A stretch of 64,000 bases of DNA from Chromatiaceae bacterium (GCA_016714645.1 JADKCI010000001.1:35581-99580), one strand, 5' to 3'. Shown: positions 40,048 through 49,499, counted from the stretch's first letter. Notes: generated by a model not told the origin, from the letters alone. Translations and numbers: made by a program.

Positions 40048-42141
40048 CCTATCTTTGTCACCCCAACCCATAGCATCTTTTACATACAATTGGTTACGAT
40101 GATCATCCGGCGGCGTTGGTCACTACATGTGGGATCGGCGGGGCGTTCGGGTCAATGAGAGTCTTCTCCGTCTTGCCCGGCAGGTGGGGCAGACCGAGGG
40201 CGTTGTAGAGGTCCTGCTGGTGGGGTTCGGGGCGGGTGGCTTTGCGGATGTGGTAGATCTGACCGTCGTCGCGATGGAGGATGACGGTCACCCGCTGTTG
40301 GCCGTCGAGTTGGTTGCGCAGGCTCTCCCAGCTCAGGTGAATGCCCTGAGCCTTGAGTTGCAGACGCACGCTGTGGACCAGGTGGTAGGCCAATACCGAG
40401 AGGAACAGATGGCCGTCGACCCGTGCGCTCTGGTGGTGATAGACCGGGCGCAGGCCCAGCTCCGACTTCAACGAGCGGAACACCGCCTCCAGATCGGTGA
40501 GCATGGTGTAGGTATCCCACAGGGTGCGCTCATCCCAGTCGGCCTGGTTGGTACGCAGGCAATAGACCCCGGGGAGGGTGTCCTCGGTCGGTATGATGCG
40601 CGTCCACACCAGGGCCTTGGCATTGCCGCTGGCTGTGTCTTTCTCCAGGTGGATGTCGTAGAAGCGGATCACCCTGGAGTAACGCTGGCGCAGCCGCCCG
40701 ATGCGGATCTGGACCTGGTCGTAGCCCTTGACGCGACGGGGTATATTGAGCCCCTCGGCCAGGTATTTTAGGTCCGCCTCCAGGCGGTTGGAGAAGCGTT
40801 GTTCGATGCCCCGCTCCTTGGCCTCGCGGCCGGTGGAATGACAGTACAGGCGTACCTCCCCGCTGGCCTCGTCAACCACGCGCTGGGCGCGAATGCGGGT
40901 CGCTCCCGCCTCGCGAATCAGGATCGCCTGCTCGGGATCGAACTCCTGGTGGCGCTCGCGGCTGACGACCAAATAGCGGTAGCCCTGGTCCTTGAGCCAG
41001 GTGAGGTTGGCTGCGGTGGCGATGCCGGCATCGAGCACCACCGTCGGGGCCACCGCAGCGGGGGCGAGCGCCAGGCGCTCGAGCATCTGCTCCAGGGTCT
41101 TGGGCTCGCTGATGTTGCCTGCAAAGACCTTGCTGCGCTTGGGGAAGCCGCTGCCATCGAGCACCAGGGCCAGGGTCGCCAAGGGGCCATCGGAGCGCTG
41201 CTCCTTGGAGTGACCGTGCTTGGCCTTGGCATGGCCGCGCGCCGTGCCCTCGAAGAAGGTATTGGTCAGATCGTACAGGGTGATGGTCTCGGCCAGCGCG
41301 AACAGGTCGCGCTCCTGCTGGTAGAGAAAGCCCTCCAGCGTGGCGCGGTGCGCCAACAACCGGTCGCTCACCCGATACAACTGATTCAGGTCCAGGGCGG
41401 CGAAGTCGTAGTCCAGCAATTCCCCCAGACCGCTGCGCAGTTGCAGCCACTGGTGGGTTGCCAACTCGCTGCCCGGGCGCACCATGCGCCCGATGATGGC
41501 CCCGATGGCGGCGCCCAACTGGTGACGATTGAAGCCCAATTGCGCCAGCTTGACGTCCAACCCCAGCCGCCGCAACGCCTCCAGCGCCACCTGCTCGGCC
41601 CCGACACTGCGCGGGCGAACGACCTCCAGGCGCTCCAGGTCCACCCGCTGATAGTCGCACTGCGCGGCGGCCGCCTTCGCCGCCACCGTCGTGCCCCGGC
41701 GGCTGACCAGGCGGGCCGCACAGTCCCGCGCCAGCGCCTCCCACTGCGGATCCAACCCGTCGGCGATCAGATCCAATTGCCCCTGCACCAGGGCCTCGAT
41801 GCGCCCGGCCAATGGGCCCCACTGCGGGCGCGGCACCTCGAACTGGCGCCCGAGATTGAGCAGCGTGACCTGGCGCACCGACGTCGAAGTGCGCACCGAC
41901 TCTACCAGGCGGTAGGTGTAATAGGGCTCGCCGGTCTCGCGGCTCTTGATGGTGGTGCGACGAATATACATGGGCGCAGCTTAGCCCCTGCGCCGGACCC
42001 TGGCAAGGGTTATTAACAATATTATGGCACTACGCGGCGACGCGAATCGCTAAGCCATTGACCCGGTTTGGGCCACCCGCCTCGCCGCGGCGGAAAGGCG
42101 GGGGTGTTGGGCGGATGAGGGGGGTGGAATGACAAAGATGG
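40048..42141 (-). mobile_element. IS1634-family insertion sequence with target-site duplication
   Basis: The inverted ends are CCTATCTTTGTCACCCC (40048-) and GGGGTGGAATGACAAAGATGG (-42141). The direct repeat GGTTAG abuts both ends (40042-40047 and 42142-42147, within about 1 nt). Confidence 0.8.
40103..41971 (-). CDS. IS1634-family (IS4-superfamily DDE) transposase
   Basis: 622 aa. The N-terminus MYIRRTTIKSRETGEPYYTYRLVESVRTSTSVRQVTLLNLG is characteristic of IS1634-type transposases. The ORF is intact. Confidence 0.9.
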   Translation of the reverse strand: MYIRRTTIKSRETGEPYYTYRLVESVRTSTSVRQVTLLNLGRQFEVPRPQWGPLAGRIEALVQGQLDLIADGLDPQWEALARDCAARLVSRRGTTVAAKAAAAQCDYQRVDLERLEVVRPRSVGAEQVALEALRRLGLDVKLAQLGFNRHQLGAAIGAIIGRMVRPGSELATHQWLQLRSGLGELLDYDFAALDLNQLYRVSDRLLAHRATLEGFLYQQERDLFALAETITLYDLTNTFFEGTARGHAKAKHGHSKEQRSDGPLATLALVLDGSGFPKRSKVFAGNISEPKTLEQMLERLALAPAAVAPTVVLDAGIATAANLTWLKDQGYRYLVVSRERHQEFDPEQAILIREAGATRIRAQRVVDEASGEVRLYCHSTGREAKERGIEQRFSNRLEADLKYLAEGLNIPRRVKGYDQVQIRIGRLRQRYSRVIRFYDIHLEKDTASGNAKALVWTRIIPTEDTLPGVYCLRTNQADWDERTLWDTYTMLTDLEAVFRSLKSELGLRPVYHHQSARVDGHLFLSVLAYHLVHSVRLQLKAQGIHLSWESLRNQLDGQQRVTVILHRDDGQIYHIRKATRPEPHQQDLYNALGLPHLPGKTEKTLIDPNAPPIPHVVTNAAG

Positions 42142-42168
42142 GTTAGGACCAGGGCGGGCCTCACCCCT

Positions 42169-42252
42169 ATCGCGCCAATAGGAATGGCGCGAATCTTGAC
42201 TGATCGCGCCAATAAAGCTAGTTTTTGGCGCGTTAGGCGGTAATCGCGCCAA
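42169..42252. promoter_or_regulatory. operator-like array: five copies of TCGCGCCAA / TTGGCGCGA in alternating orientation
   Basis: Direct copies lie at 42169-78, 42203-12 and 42243-52; inverted copies lie at 42185-92 and 42225-32. They form TCGCGCCA-N7-TGGCGCGA and CGCGCCAA-N12-TTGGCGCG palindromes. The array sits just upstream of GGAG + ATG 42267 of an ORF (MPKKLPEDLTERIETESQ) that is cut by IS481 copy 2. Confidence 0.4.
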
Positions 42253-42319
42253 ACAGCCTTGGAGCCATGCCCAAAAAACTCCCCGAAGACCTAACCGAAC
42301 GAATCGAAACCGAATCGCA

Positions 42320-43368
42320 GTCAAGCCCCGTATGGTTATATACCGACACGAAGTTATCCGTTATTAGGGCAACGACTGACCGGAGACCGGCGAACCATGA
42401 ATCTGAACCTGCATAAAAATGCGCGGACCACGCCCGCGATTCGCCAGGAACTGCGCGAATCCACCAAGTCAGAGCGCGAACTGGCCCGCGAGTACCACCT
42501 GAATCGCGCCACGGTGCGTAAATGGCGGCAGCGCGAAACCGGCGAAGATGCCTCACATCGTCCCCATCACCTGCATGCGACCCTGACGCCGGCCCAAGAG
42601 CGGGTTGTCGTCGAGTTACGCACCACCTTGTTCCTCTCCTTGGATGACTTGCTGGCGGTGACCCGCGAGTTCCTCAATCCCGCCGTCTCGCGTTCAGGCA
42701 TGGATCGCTGCCTGCGGCGGCATGGCGTCTCCAATCTCCAAGCCCTGATTCCCCAGCCGGAAGACGAGGAGCAACCAAAGAAAACCTTTAAGGATGATGT
42801 GCCTGGATTCATTCACGCCGATATCAAGGCTCTTCCGCCCCTGCCAGACGAGACCGCGCATCGGTACCTGTGCGTGGCCATTGATCGCGCCTCCCGCTGG
42901 ATTTACGTGGAAATCTGGGGCGAAAAGACGGCGAACAATGCCGCCGAATTTCTCCAGCGGCTCGCCGCCACAGCGCCCTTCAAGGTCCAAAAGGTGTTGA
43001 CCGATAACGACAACGCGTTTACCGATCGCTGTTGCGCCGCCGGCGAACGCGATCCCACCGGGCGTCATCGCTTTGATCGCACCTGCGATACCCACGGCAT
43101 CGACCACCGGTTGATCAAGCCCCGTCATCCCCAGGCTAACGGCATGGTCGAACGCTTCAATGGCCGCATCAGCGAGGTGCTGGCGACCACGCACTTCGAT
43201 GCGGCCGCCAACCTGGAAGAGGCCCTGACCCGCTATGTGCGATTTTATAATTATCAGATCCAGCAGAAAGCGTTAGGACACCTCTCGCCAGTGCAAGCGC
43301 TGAAGGATTGGCAAGAGAAACGCCCAGAATTATTCAAGAAATAAGGTATAGAATCTCACGGGGTTGAC
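42320..43368 (+). mobile_element. IS481-family insertion sequence, intact copy 2
   Basis: The inverted ends are GTCAAGCCCCGTATGGTTATATACC and GGTATAGAATCTCACGGGGTTGAC. It contains a single intact transposase ORF. I found no flanking direct repeat. Confidence 0.85.
42397..43344 (+). CDS. IS481-family DDE transposase
   Basis: 315 aa. The product reads MNLNLHKNARTTPAIRQELRESTKSERELAREYHLNRATVRKWRQRE..., with an rve core (HADIKAL...VAIDRASRW...TDNDNAFT...PRHPQANGMVERFNG). Confidence 0.9.
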   Translation: MNLNLHKNARTTPAIRQELRESTKSERELAREYHLNRATVRKWRQRETGEDASHRPHHLHATLTPAQERVVVELRTTLFLSLDDLLAVTREFLNPAVSRSGMDRCLRRHGVSNLQALIPQPEDEEQPKKTFKDDVPGFIHADIKALPPLPDETAHRYLCVAIDRASRWIYVEIWGEKTANNAAEFLQRLAATAPFKVQKVLTDNDNAFTDRCCAAGERDPTGRHRFDRTCDTHGIDHRLIKPRHPQANGMVERFNGRISEVLATTHFDAAANLEEALTRYVRFYNYQIQQKALGHLSPVQALKDWQEKRPELFKK

Positions 43369-43386
43369 ACATATATCCTTGATTGC

Positions 43387-43545
43387 CTAGCCTTGTTTAC
43401 CGGCCTGGCCGAGTTTTCCGCGGCCTTTGGTTTGTCCCAAGCAGGTCCAGTTGGCGGCCTTGTAGCAGGTGCCGCAGAAGCGTGGTGTCTCGACAAAGGT
43501 CTCCAGCAGCAGCGGGCGGTAGCCCGCGCCAAGTCCCTCGATAAC
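43387..43545 (-). pseudogene. C-terminal fragment of a DUF4338-like protein
   Basis: The minus strand reads GLGAGYRPLLLETFVETPRFCGTCYKAANWTCLGQTKGRGKLGQAGKQG*. The F-x-G-T-C-Y-[KR]-A-A-N-W...G-x-T-x-G-R-G pattern is what I recall for DUF4338 proteins. Confidence 0.4.
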
Positions 43546-43560
43546 AAGGATGCCCCATCC

Positions 43561-44040
43561 TCACAAAAAAATCTCTGACGGGGAGGTGACCTCTATCCTG
43601 ACACTGGGGGCCTGCACCTCGATCACCGTGCTTTCCTCGTCCAGCGCCGGCGTGCGCCGATAAGGCAAACCGCAGTGGGGACACGCGCTCTGCCCATCGG
43701 CCGGATCGTGCTGTTCGGCGACCACGGGCAGCGTCGGGCGCGCGGTCCGGCCATACCCCGCACCGCCTGGCTGCTGGCCGCGCGTGCGCTTGGGCGCGTC
43801 GTGGCCTTCGCCCCGGTTCTTCTCCGAGGGCAGCGGACCGTACTTTTCGCTCTTCTTGCCGAAAAACCGCTGCCGAAGGTCTTTGATGGTGGCGTCCTTG
43901 AGCGCGAGCTCCCGCTTCAGCTCCTCGAGCTAGATCTTTGCGTGGGCATGCTGCGCTTCCCAGGAGCTGGCTCGCGCCCGCAGGTCAATGTGCTCCTGTT
44001 TGCTGATCGTTACCCATTCCCGAGCTAAACGCCACCCCTT
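43561..44040 (-). pseudogene. IS66-family transposase N-terminal fragment with an in-frame stop
   Basis: The minus strand reads WVTISKQEHIDLRARASSWEAQHAHAKI*LEELKRELALKDATIKDLRQRFFGKKSEKYGPLPSE...RGQQPGGAGYGRTARPTLPVV...CPHCGLPY. This shows the coiled-coil, FGKKSEK and CxxCG pattern of IS66 TnpC. It is truncated after about 150 aa. Confidence 0.5.
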
Positions 44041-44236
44041 GCCGTCAGCCGTGCCGAGGCCTGGATACGGTCGCTCCCAGATGGATCGAGACGTGTCGTG
44101 CCTTCCATGGCGCACGTTTTACGTCATTTCTGCGTCTGTGTTCCTTACTTTCTCTGCGTCCCGAAAGGCGTGACCGAATGCTTACTTTTGGCTCTCGTTC
44201 TGCCCATCATGCGAGTTGGTTCGTTCCGCGTTCAGG

Positions 44237-46024
44237 TTAAAAGGACCACACCAGGGGAACCACCAGGACAGTGACCAGCCCGACGACCAGGGTCAAGGGC
44301 ACGCCGACCCGCACGAAGTCCCCGAAGCGATAGCCGCCGACATTAAACACCATCAGATTGGTTTGATAACCGATCGGGGTGGCGAAGCTCGCGGATGCCG
44401 CGACCATCAGGGTCAGGATGAAGGGTGTGGGCGACACCCCCATGCTCTCGGCCGCCTGCAGGGCGATCGGAAAGATCAGGACCGCTGCCACGTTGTTGGT
44501 TGCCAGCGAGGTGAGGATCGCCGTTGCAACAAAGACCAACGAGAGCGTGATCAGGGGATCGCCGTTCGCAAGCCCGATCAAACCGCCTGCCAAGAGCGAT
44601 GCCGCGCCCGTCTTCTCCAGGGCAGCGCCGATGCCGAAGGAGGTCGCGATCACCACCAGAACCTGCCAGTTCGGTGAGCGCCGGGCGGTGCGGCTATTGG
44701 TGCAGCCGGTGAGGATCAGGAGCCCGGCGGCCAGGAGTGCGGCCTCCAGCATACTGAACCAGCCGATGGTCACGACGGCGACCATCGCGACCACGATGGC
44801 GATAGCGAGGGGCGCCCGCTCATGCTCGATCGGGTGCGAGTCGCCGATCTGGCTCACCAGCAGAAAGTCGCGCGAGTTCCTCTGCTGCTCGACAAAATCC
44901 GGACGCGTCTCCAGCAGAAGCGTGTCGCCGGGTGCGAGTTCGATGTCGCCGATCTTGCAGGCCACCCGCTCGCCGTTGCGGGCCAGCGCGATGATCACGG
45001 CGTTGTAATGGTTGCGGAAACGGCCTTCCCGCACGCTCTTGCCGACCAGCGGTGATTTGTCGGACAACACCGCCTCAACGAAGCAGCGTCCGGGGCGCGG
45101 GACGTTGAGCTTGAAGACCTGATTGGTCGCCGGGATCAGGCCGCGCGTCTTCTGCAGATCCATCACCGAATCGAGGATGCCGGCGAAGACGAGGCGGTCG
45201 TTGGCCTGGAGCAGCTCTTCGGAGGAGACCGCCGCCATCACCTGATCACCACGCTCGATCTCGATCAGGAACAGCCCCGGAAGCTGCCGCAAGCCCGCGT
45301 CCTCGATGCTCTTGCCGATCAGCGGACTGTCCGGCTGTACCAGCATCTCGGCGATGTACTGACGCACATCCTCATAACTCTCGGCTGCCGGGACGCGGCG
45401 GGGAAGCAGCCAGTTGCCGGCGGTGAGCATGAACACCAGCACGGCAACGGTGACCGGGAGCCCGACCCAGATGGGCTCGAACAAGCCAAAGCCGTCGCCC
45501 CCGACGCGCTCGATATAGAGTCCGTTGACGACCAGGTTGGTGCTGGTCCCGATCAGGGTGCAGAGTCCGCCTGCGATGCTCGCGTAAGAGAGCGGGATCA
45601 GCAGGCGCGACAGCTCAAGGCGGTGGCGTTTGGCCCAGTCCTGAACGGCCGGGATGAAGATGGCGACCACCGGGGTGTTGTTCAGGAAGGCGCTGACCGC
45701 CGCAACCGGCAGCATCAGGCGCAGACGAGCGTCGGTCGGTCCGCGCGGACGCCCGAGTAGACTGGGGCCGATCCAGCCGACGGCGCCGGTCTGGGTCAAA
45801 CCCGTGACCACCACATAGAGCACGCCGACGGTCAGCATGCCGGGGTTGGAGAAGCCGCTCAGCGCCTCGGCGGGGGTGAGGATGCCGAACAGCAACAGCA
45901 GGGTCAGTGCGCCTGCCGTCACCACGTCCGGCGCGGCACGGCTAAAGGCGAACAGCCCGAAGCAGAGGATCACGATGCCGAGGCTGAACCAGCCTTCCCA
46001 GCTTAGCTCAAGGAGGAGGCTCAT
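44237..46024 (-). CDS. SLC13/DASS-family anion permease with two central TrkA-C domains
   Basis: ORF to 46060; the likely start is ATG 46024 (MSLLLELSWEGW). Multi-TM halves flank a soluble region (LIGKSIEDAGLRQLPGLFLIEIERG... / LVGKSVREGRFRNHYNAVIIALARNG). Confidence 0.85.
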   Translation of the reverse strand: MSLLLELSWEGWFSLGIVILCFGLFAFSRAAPDVVTAGALTLLLLFGILTPAEALSGFSNPGMLTVGVLYVVVTGLTQTGAVGWIGPSLLGRPRGPTDARLRLMLPVAAVSAFLNNTPVVAIFIPAVQDWAKRHRLELSRLLIPLSYASIAGGLCTLIGTSTNLVVNGLYIERVGGDGFGLFEPIWVGLPVTVAVLVFMLTAGNWLLPRRVPAAESYEDVRQYIAEMLVQPDSPLIGKSIEDAGLRQLPGLFLIEIERGDQVMAAVSSEELLQANDRLVFAGILDSVMDLQKTRGLIPATNQVFKLNVPRPGRCFVEAVLSDKSPLVGKSVREGRFRNHYNAVIIALARNGERVACKIGDIELAPGDTLLLETRPDFVEQQRNSRDFLLVSQIGDSHPIEHERAPLAIAIVVAMVAVVTIGWFSMLEAALLAAGLLILTGCTNSRTARRSPNWQVLVVIATSFGIGAALEKTGAASLLAGGLIGLANGDPLITLSLVFVATAILTSLATNNVAAVLIFPIALQAAESMGVSPTPFILTLMVAASASFATPIGYQTNLMVFNVGGYRFGDFVRVGVPLTLVVGLVTVLVVPLVWSF

Positions 46025-46227
46025 GGCGCCGACAAACCCAGGCACTGGGCCGACGGGCAATCGCGCGGACGAGTCACACAGACCACGATGATCGTGTCGG
46101 TGCCGTCGGGGCAGCGCAGGGACAGTGGGGTGGTCATATTCAAGAAATTGACCATGTCATCTGAAGGTTAGGAACGGTTCAAAAATAAGTTAAACAACTC
46201 GACGAGTGAACACCTTTACCACGATCC

Positions 46228-46284
46228 TCGTTGTCGTTGTCGTTGTCGTTGTCGTGGTCGTGGTCGTGGTCGTTGTCGTAATCG
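46228..46284. repeat. hexanucleotide microsatellite (TCGTTG)n/(TCGTGG)n, about 9-10 units
   Basis: Read directly: tcgttg x4, tcgtgg x3, tcgttg, tcgtaa. It produces the poly-Val (+) and DNDNDHDHD (-) artefact ORFs. Confidence 0.9.
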
Positions 46285-46329
46285 ACAACGAGCCATTGAT
46301 CGTTATCCCGGCCGGTAGCCAAGAAAAAA

Positions 46330-46735
46330 GCTGTTGCTGTTGCGCCGCCTTCACCCGCGCGATGCACGTCAGCGGGCGTACGGTAGCCCAAGGATGGGTG
46401 CGGGCGCTCGCCGCTGTAGAAAGCGAAGTGCTCGGGCAAGCTGGCATAGCCCTTGATGTCCACGTCTTCGTACTTCACGGTGCGCCACAGGCGTTCGACG
46501 AAGCGGCTGTCCAGCGCCGCCCAACGCCCATCCATGCTGATGGCGATGCCGGCGTCCAGGAGGACCCGCGTGAACGCCGCGTGCTGGTGAACTGCGACCC
46601 CTGGTCGGTGTTAAACACCGCGGGCCGACCATGGACCCGCAGGGCCTCTTCCAGACAGTCCACGCAGAAACCCGCCTCCAGGGTGTTGGACAACCGCCAG
46701 GCCAGCACCCGGCGCGGCCAGACCTTGGTCAGACA
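46330..46735 (-). pseudogene. IS3-family transposase OrfB (rve) C-terminal fragment, frameshifted
   Basis: Two minus-strand frames read RRVLAWRLSNTLEAGFCVDCLEEALRVHGRPAVFNTDQGSQFTS and ISMDGRWAALDSRFVERLWRTVKYEDVDIKGYASLPE...FYSGERPHPSLGYRTPADVH. Confidence 0.6.
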
Positions 46736-47310
46736 GCGGAGAACCCGGCGGTCTTGGGGTCGCGCGGTGGCAGGAAGTGCTCCAGGCGCTCCCTGAAGGC
46801 ATCCCAATCGACGGCATCCAGGGTGTTTTTGACCAGCAGACCCAGGTCGGTCTCGCCTTCCATGCGCAGGCGGCGGCTGAAGAAGAGGGTGTCGGCGTCC
46901 TCCTCGCGCAGGGCCAGGGCCAGATAGTCGCGGGTGCGGGCGGAGAGGGTCAGATCCGGCTTGCCGCCGATGGCGTGCCCCCGGGGCCGGCCCGGCCGAA
47001 AGCCCTGCTCGCCCAAGTGGAAGTCGAGAGTCAGTCCGGCATCGGTGACGATCATGCGCAACCAGCGCCCGGTCAGGGGTTCGAGGGTGTCGCGGGGCAG
47101 GATGCGGTCGAGCGCCAGATTGAGGGCCAGGGTCAGCGCCAGGGCGGGCGGTTGCGCGGGTAGCAGGGCCAGGAACCGGGCCAGGGCGGGCGGCAGGTTG
47201 AAGTCCGGGATACGGGGGTTTTCCAGCCGGGCCTCGATGCGCTCGCGAAGCCGGTCGAGCCGGGCGGCGATGAGGCGGGGCGGACGGGGCAAACGGGGCG
47301 GGAAGCTCAT
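46729..47310 (-). CDS. ubiT: SCP2-domain ubiquinone-biosynthesis accessory factor UbiT (3' end abuts the IS3 fragment)
   Basis: 193 aa. WLRMIVTDAGLTLDFHLGEQGF...PDLTLSARTRDYLALALREEDADTLFFSRRLRMEGETDLGLLVKNTLD is YhbT/UbiT-like. It lies downstream of ubiU-ubiV. Confidence 0.75.
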   Translation of the reverse strand: MSFPPRLPRPPRLIAARLDRLRERIEARLENPRIPDFNLPPALARFLALLPAQPPALALTLALNLALDRILPRDTLEPLTGRWLRMIVTDAGLTLDFHLGEQGFRPGRPRGHAIGGKPDLTLSARTRDYLALALREEDADTLFFSRRLRMEGETDLGLLVKNTLDAVDWDAFRERLEHFLPPRDPKTAGFSAV

Positions 47311-47337
47311 GGTCAGGGCTCCAGGACGAAAAAGGGG

Positions 47338-48237
47338 TTACTCAGCGGCAACGTATTGCTCGACCCCGGGGCGGCCATGCCAGAAGCCGTTGCAGGGCGA
47401 CTCGGGCATATAGTCGCGGCTGGCGTCGAGGGCGGCAGCCGGGGTCAGTCGCCCCTCCAAGGCGGCGCGAAAGAGCCTGACGATCTCCAGGGTATGGGCA
47501 CCCTGAGGGCTGATGCGCAGTAACTCGGCACGGCCAGCCAGCCCCGGCAGGTCGGCCAGCAGGTTGTGGACCCGCGCCGACTGGGTCTGGACGCCATTGA
47601 GGGTGAGGAAGGGTTCGCCCTCGCGGGTGAGCAGTGGCAGGCCGTCCATGATGGAGAGGCAGCGGAATTCGCAGGCATCCTTTTGCAGGTTGAAATGGCG
47701 GGCGGTGAAGCAGCGCGCCGAGAAGGCCAGCGGCAGGCGGCCGTAGGCATAAACCTCGGTCTCGATGGGTGGGACCAGGCCGGCGCGGATCGCGGCCAGT
47801 TCGGCCCCGGGAATTTCGGGGGCGACCACCCAGCGGCCAGCGCCGCTCGCCATCAGCAGTTCCAGGGTCCGGGGGTTGAAGATATTGAGGGTCGGCCCGG
47901 CGACCCAGTTCGTCACCCCGGCCTCCGCCAGCAGGCGCACGGCGCCCATGTCGTTGGCCTCGACCCGAAATTCATCCTGGCCGACGATCTGGCGCAGGGT
48001 CTTGAGATCGGACTCGGACTCGATCAGGCTCTGGGAGGCCAGCATCACCTCCTTGCCCGCCGCCGCGAGTTGACGGCCAACCTCGAGCCAGTCGTCCAGG
48101 CGCAGTTCATGGCGGCGGGAGCAGACGGTCTCGCCCAGATAGACAACGTCCAACGGGCTGGCGGCGATCCCGGCATAAAAATCCAGGACCTCATGGCGGG
48201 GCCAGTAGTAAAGCAACGGACCGAGGGCAAGTTTCAT
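47338..48237 (-). CDS. ubiV: U32-family protein UbiV (O2-independent ubiquinone hydroxylation)
   Basis: [45 protein letters not shown] parallels the E. coli YhbV N-terminus. An alternative upstream start exists at 48273. Confidence 0.8.
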   Translation of the reverse strand: MKLALGPLLYYWPRHEVLDFYAGIAASPLDVVYLGETVCSRRHELRLDDWLEVGRQLAAAGKEVMLASQSLIESESDLKTLRQIVGQDEFRVEANDMGAVRLLAEAGVTNWVAGPTLNIFNPRTLELLMASGAGRWVVAPEIPGAELAAIRAGLVPPIETEVYAYGRLPLAFSARCFTARHFNLQKDACEFRCLSIMDGLPLLTREGEPFLTLNGVQTQSARVHNLLADLPGLAGRAELLRISPQGAHTLEIVRLFRAALEGRLTPAAALDASRDYMPESPCNGFWHGRPGVEQYVAAE

Positions 48238-48263
48238 CGGGCGAGGCTCCGGGGGAGGCGGGG

Positions 48264-49277
48264 TCATTTCCATGGCCTATGGTAGGCGCCGAGGGTATGG
48301 CTCTGGCCCTCGGAGACCTTGTTGAGTTCGGCCATCCAGGCCGGGGCCACCTGGAAGCGCTCCGGGGCGGCCATGACGGCGTCGATGGCCGCTCGCCACA
48401 CCCGGGTGACCTGGGCCACATAGGCCGGGCTGCGCTGGCGACCCTCGATCTTGATGGCGCGAATACCCACGCGCGCTAATTCGGGCAGCAATTCCAGGGT
48501 GTTGAGGCTGGCGGGTTCCTCGATGGCGTAATAGGTCTCGCCCTCCACCTCGAAACGCCCCTTGCAGAGGGTCGGGTAGCCGGTGCGTTCCCCCTCGGCG
48601 AAGCGGTCGATGAGGATACCGTTGAGGCGGGTCTCCATGCCCTGGGGCGTCTCCTCCCAGCGCACCCAGCGGCCCGGGGAGCAGGCGCCCTGGCAGTTGG
48701 GCGACTCGCCGGTGGCGTAGGCGGAGAGGGCACAGCGCCCCTCCACCATAACGCAGAGGCCGCCGAAGCCGAAGACCTCGATCTCCACCGGGGTGCGGGC
48801 GATGACGCTCTCCACCTGCGCCAGCGACAGGACCCGCGGCAAGACGGCGCGCTGGATGCCGAAGCGCTCGTGATAATAGTTGATCGCCTCGTAGCTGGTC
48901 GCCGAGCCCTGGACCGAGAGGTGTAGCCGCAACCCCGGATGCCGTTTGGCCGCGTAGTCCATGAGGCCGGGATCGGCGAGGATGACGGCATCGACCCCAA
49001 ACTCCACCGCACGATCCACCGCCGCCGTCCAGCTCGGCCAGTTGCCGGCCTGGGGATAGGTGTTGAGGGCCAGCAGCACCCTGCGACCCCGGGCATGGGC
49101 GTAGCTAATGCCTTCCCGCAGGCGCGGGGGATCGAAATTCAGGCCGGTGAAGTTGCGGGCATTGGTGGCGTCCTTGAAACCGAGATAAACGGTATCGGCG
49201 CCATGGTCGATAGCGGTTTTCAGCGCCGGCAGGCTACCGGCGGGGCAGACGAGTTCGAGCTGGGGGGATGCGGACAT
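48264..49277 (-). CDS. ubiU: U32-family protein UbiU
   Basis: From ATG 49277: [48 protein letters not shown] parallels the E. coli YhbU N-terminus. The Cys cluster for the Fe-S centre is present ([21 protein letters not shown]). Confidence 0.8.
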   Translation of the reverse strand: MSASPQLELVCPAGSLPALKTAIDHGADTVYLGFKDATNARNFTGLNFDPPRLREGISYAHARGRRVLLALNTYPQAGNWPSWTAAVDRAVEFGVDAVILADPGLMDYAAKRHPGLRLHLSVQGSATSYEAINYYHERFGIQRAVLPRVLSLAQVESVIARTPVEIEVFGFGGLCVMVEGRCALSAYATGESPNCQGACSPGRWVRWEETPQGMETRLNGILIDRFAEGERTGYPTLCKGRFEVEGETYYAIEEPASLNTLELLPELARVGIRAIKIEGRQRSPAYVAQVTRVWRAAIDAVMAAPERFQVAPAWMAELNKVSEGQSHTLGAYHRPWK

Positions 49278-49499
49278 GGGTGAAGCGACCGGGAGAGAGA
49301 ATCGGTTAATTATATCTGCCCCGCGCCATCGGGTCATGACAGGCTTCAAGCCCGAGTGAGACCCCAGGCCTTTGGCTTGGCCTATGCCCTGCTAACTCAA
49401 CCGCCAGCCCTTGGCAGACCCGCCAGGATGAGCGCGCCTGGCCTGGTTGCGCCCGACAAAATCCTGGATCATGCTTGAGGAAGGATTGGGAGAGTATCC

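Noticed and set aside
29660-44200. Searched the island and its borders for a tRNA gene, an integrase/recombinase, CRISPR repeats, a reverse transcriptase (retron, given the long hairpins), or an STAND/AAA sensor NTPase.
   Set aside because: I found none by reading all six frames. The hairpins at 31.0-31.3 kb therefore cannot be tied to a retron, and the island cannot be called an integrative element on present evidence.
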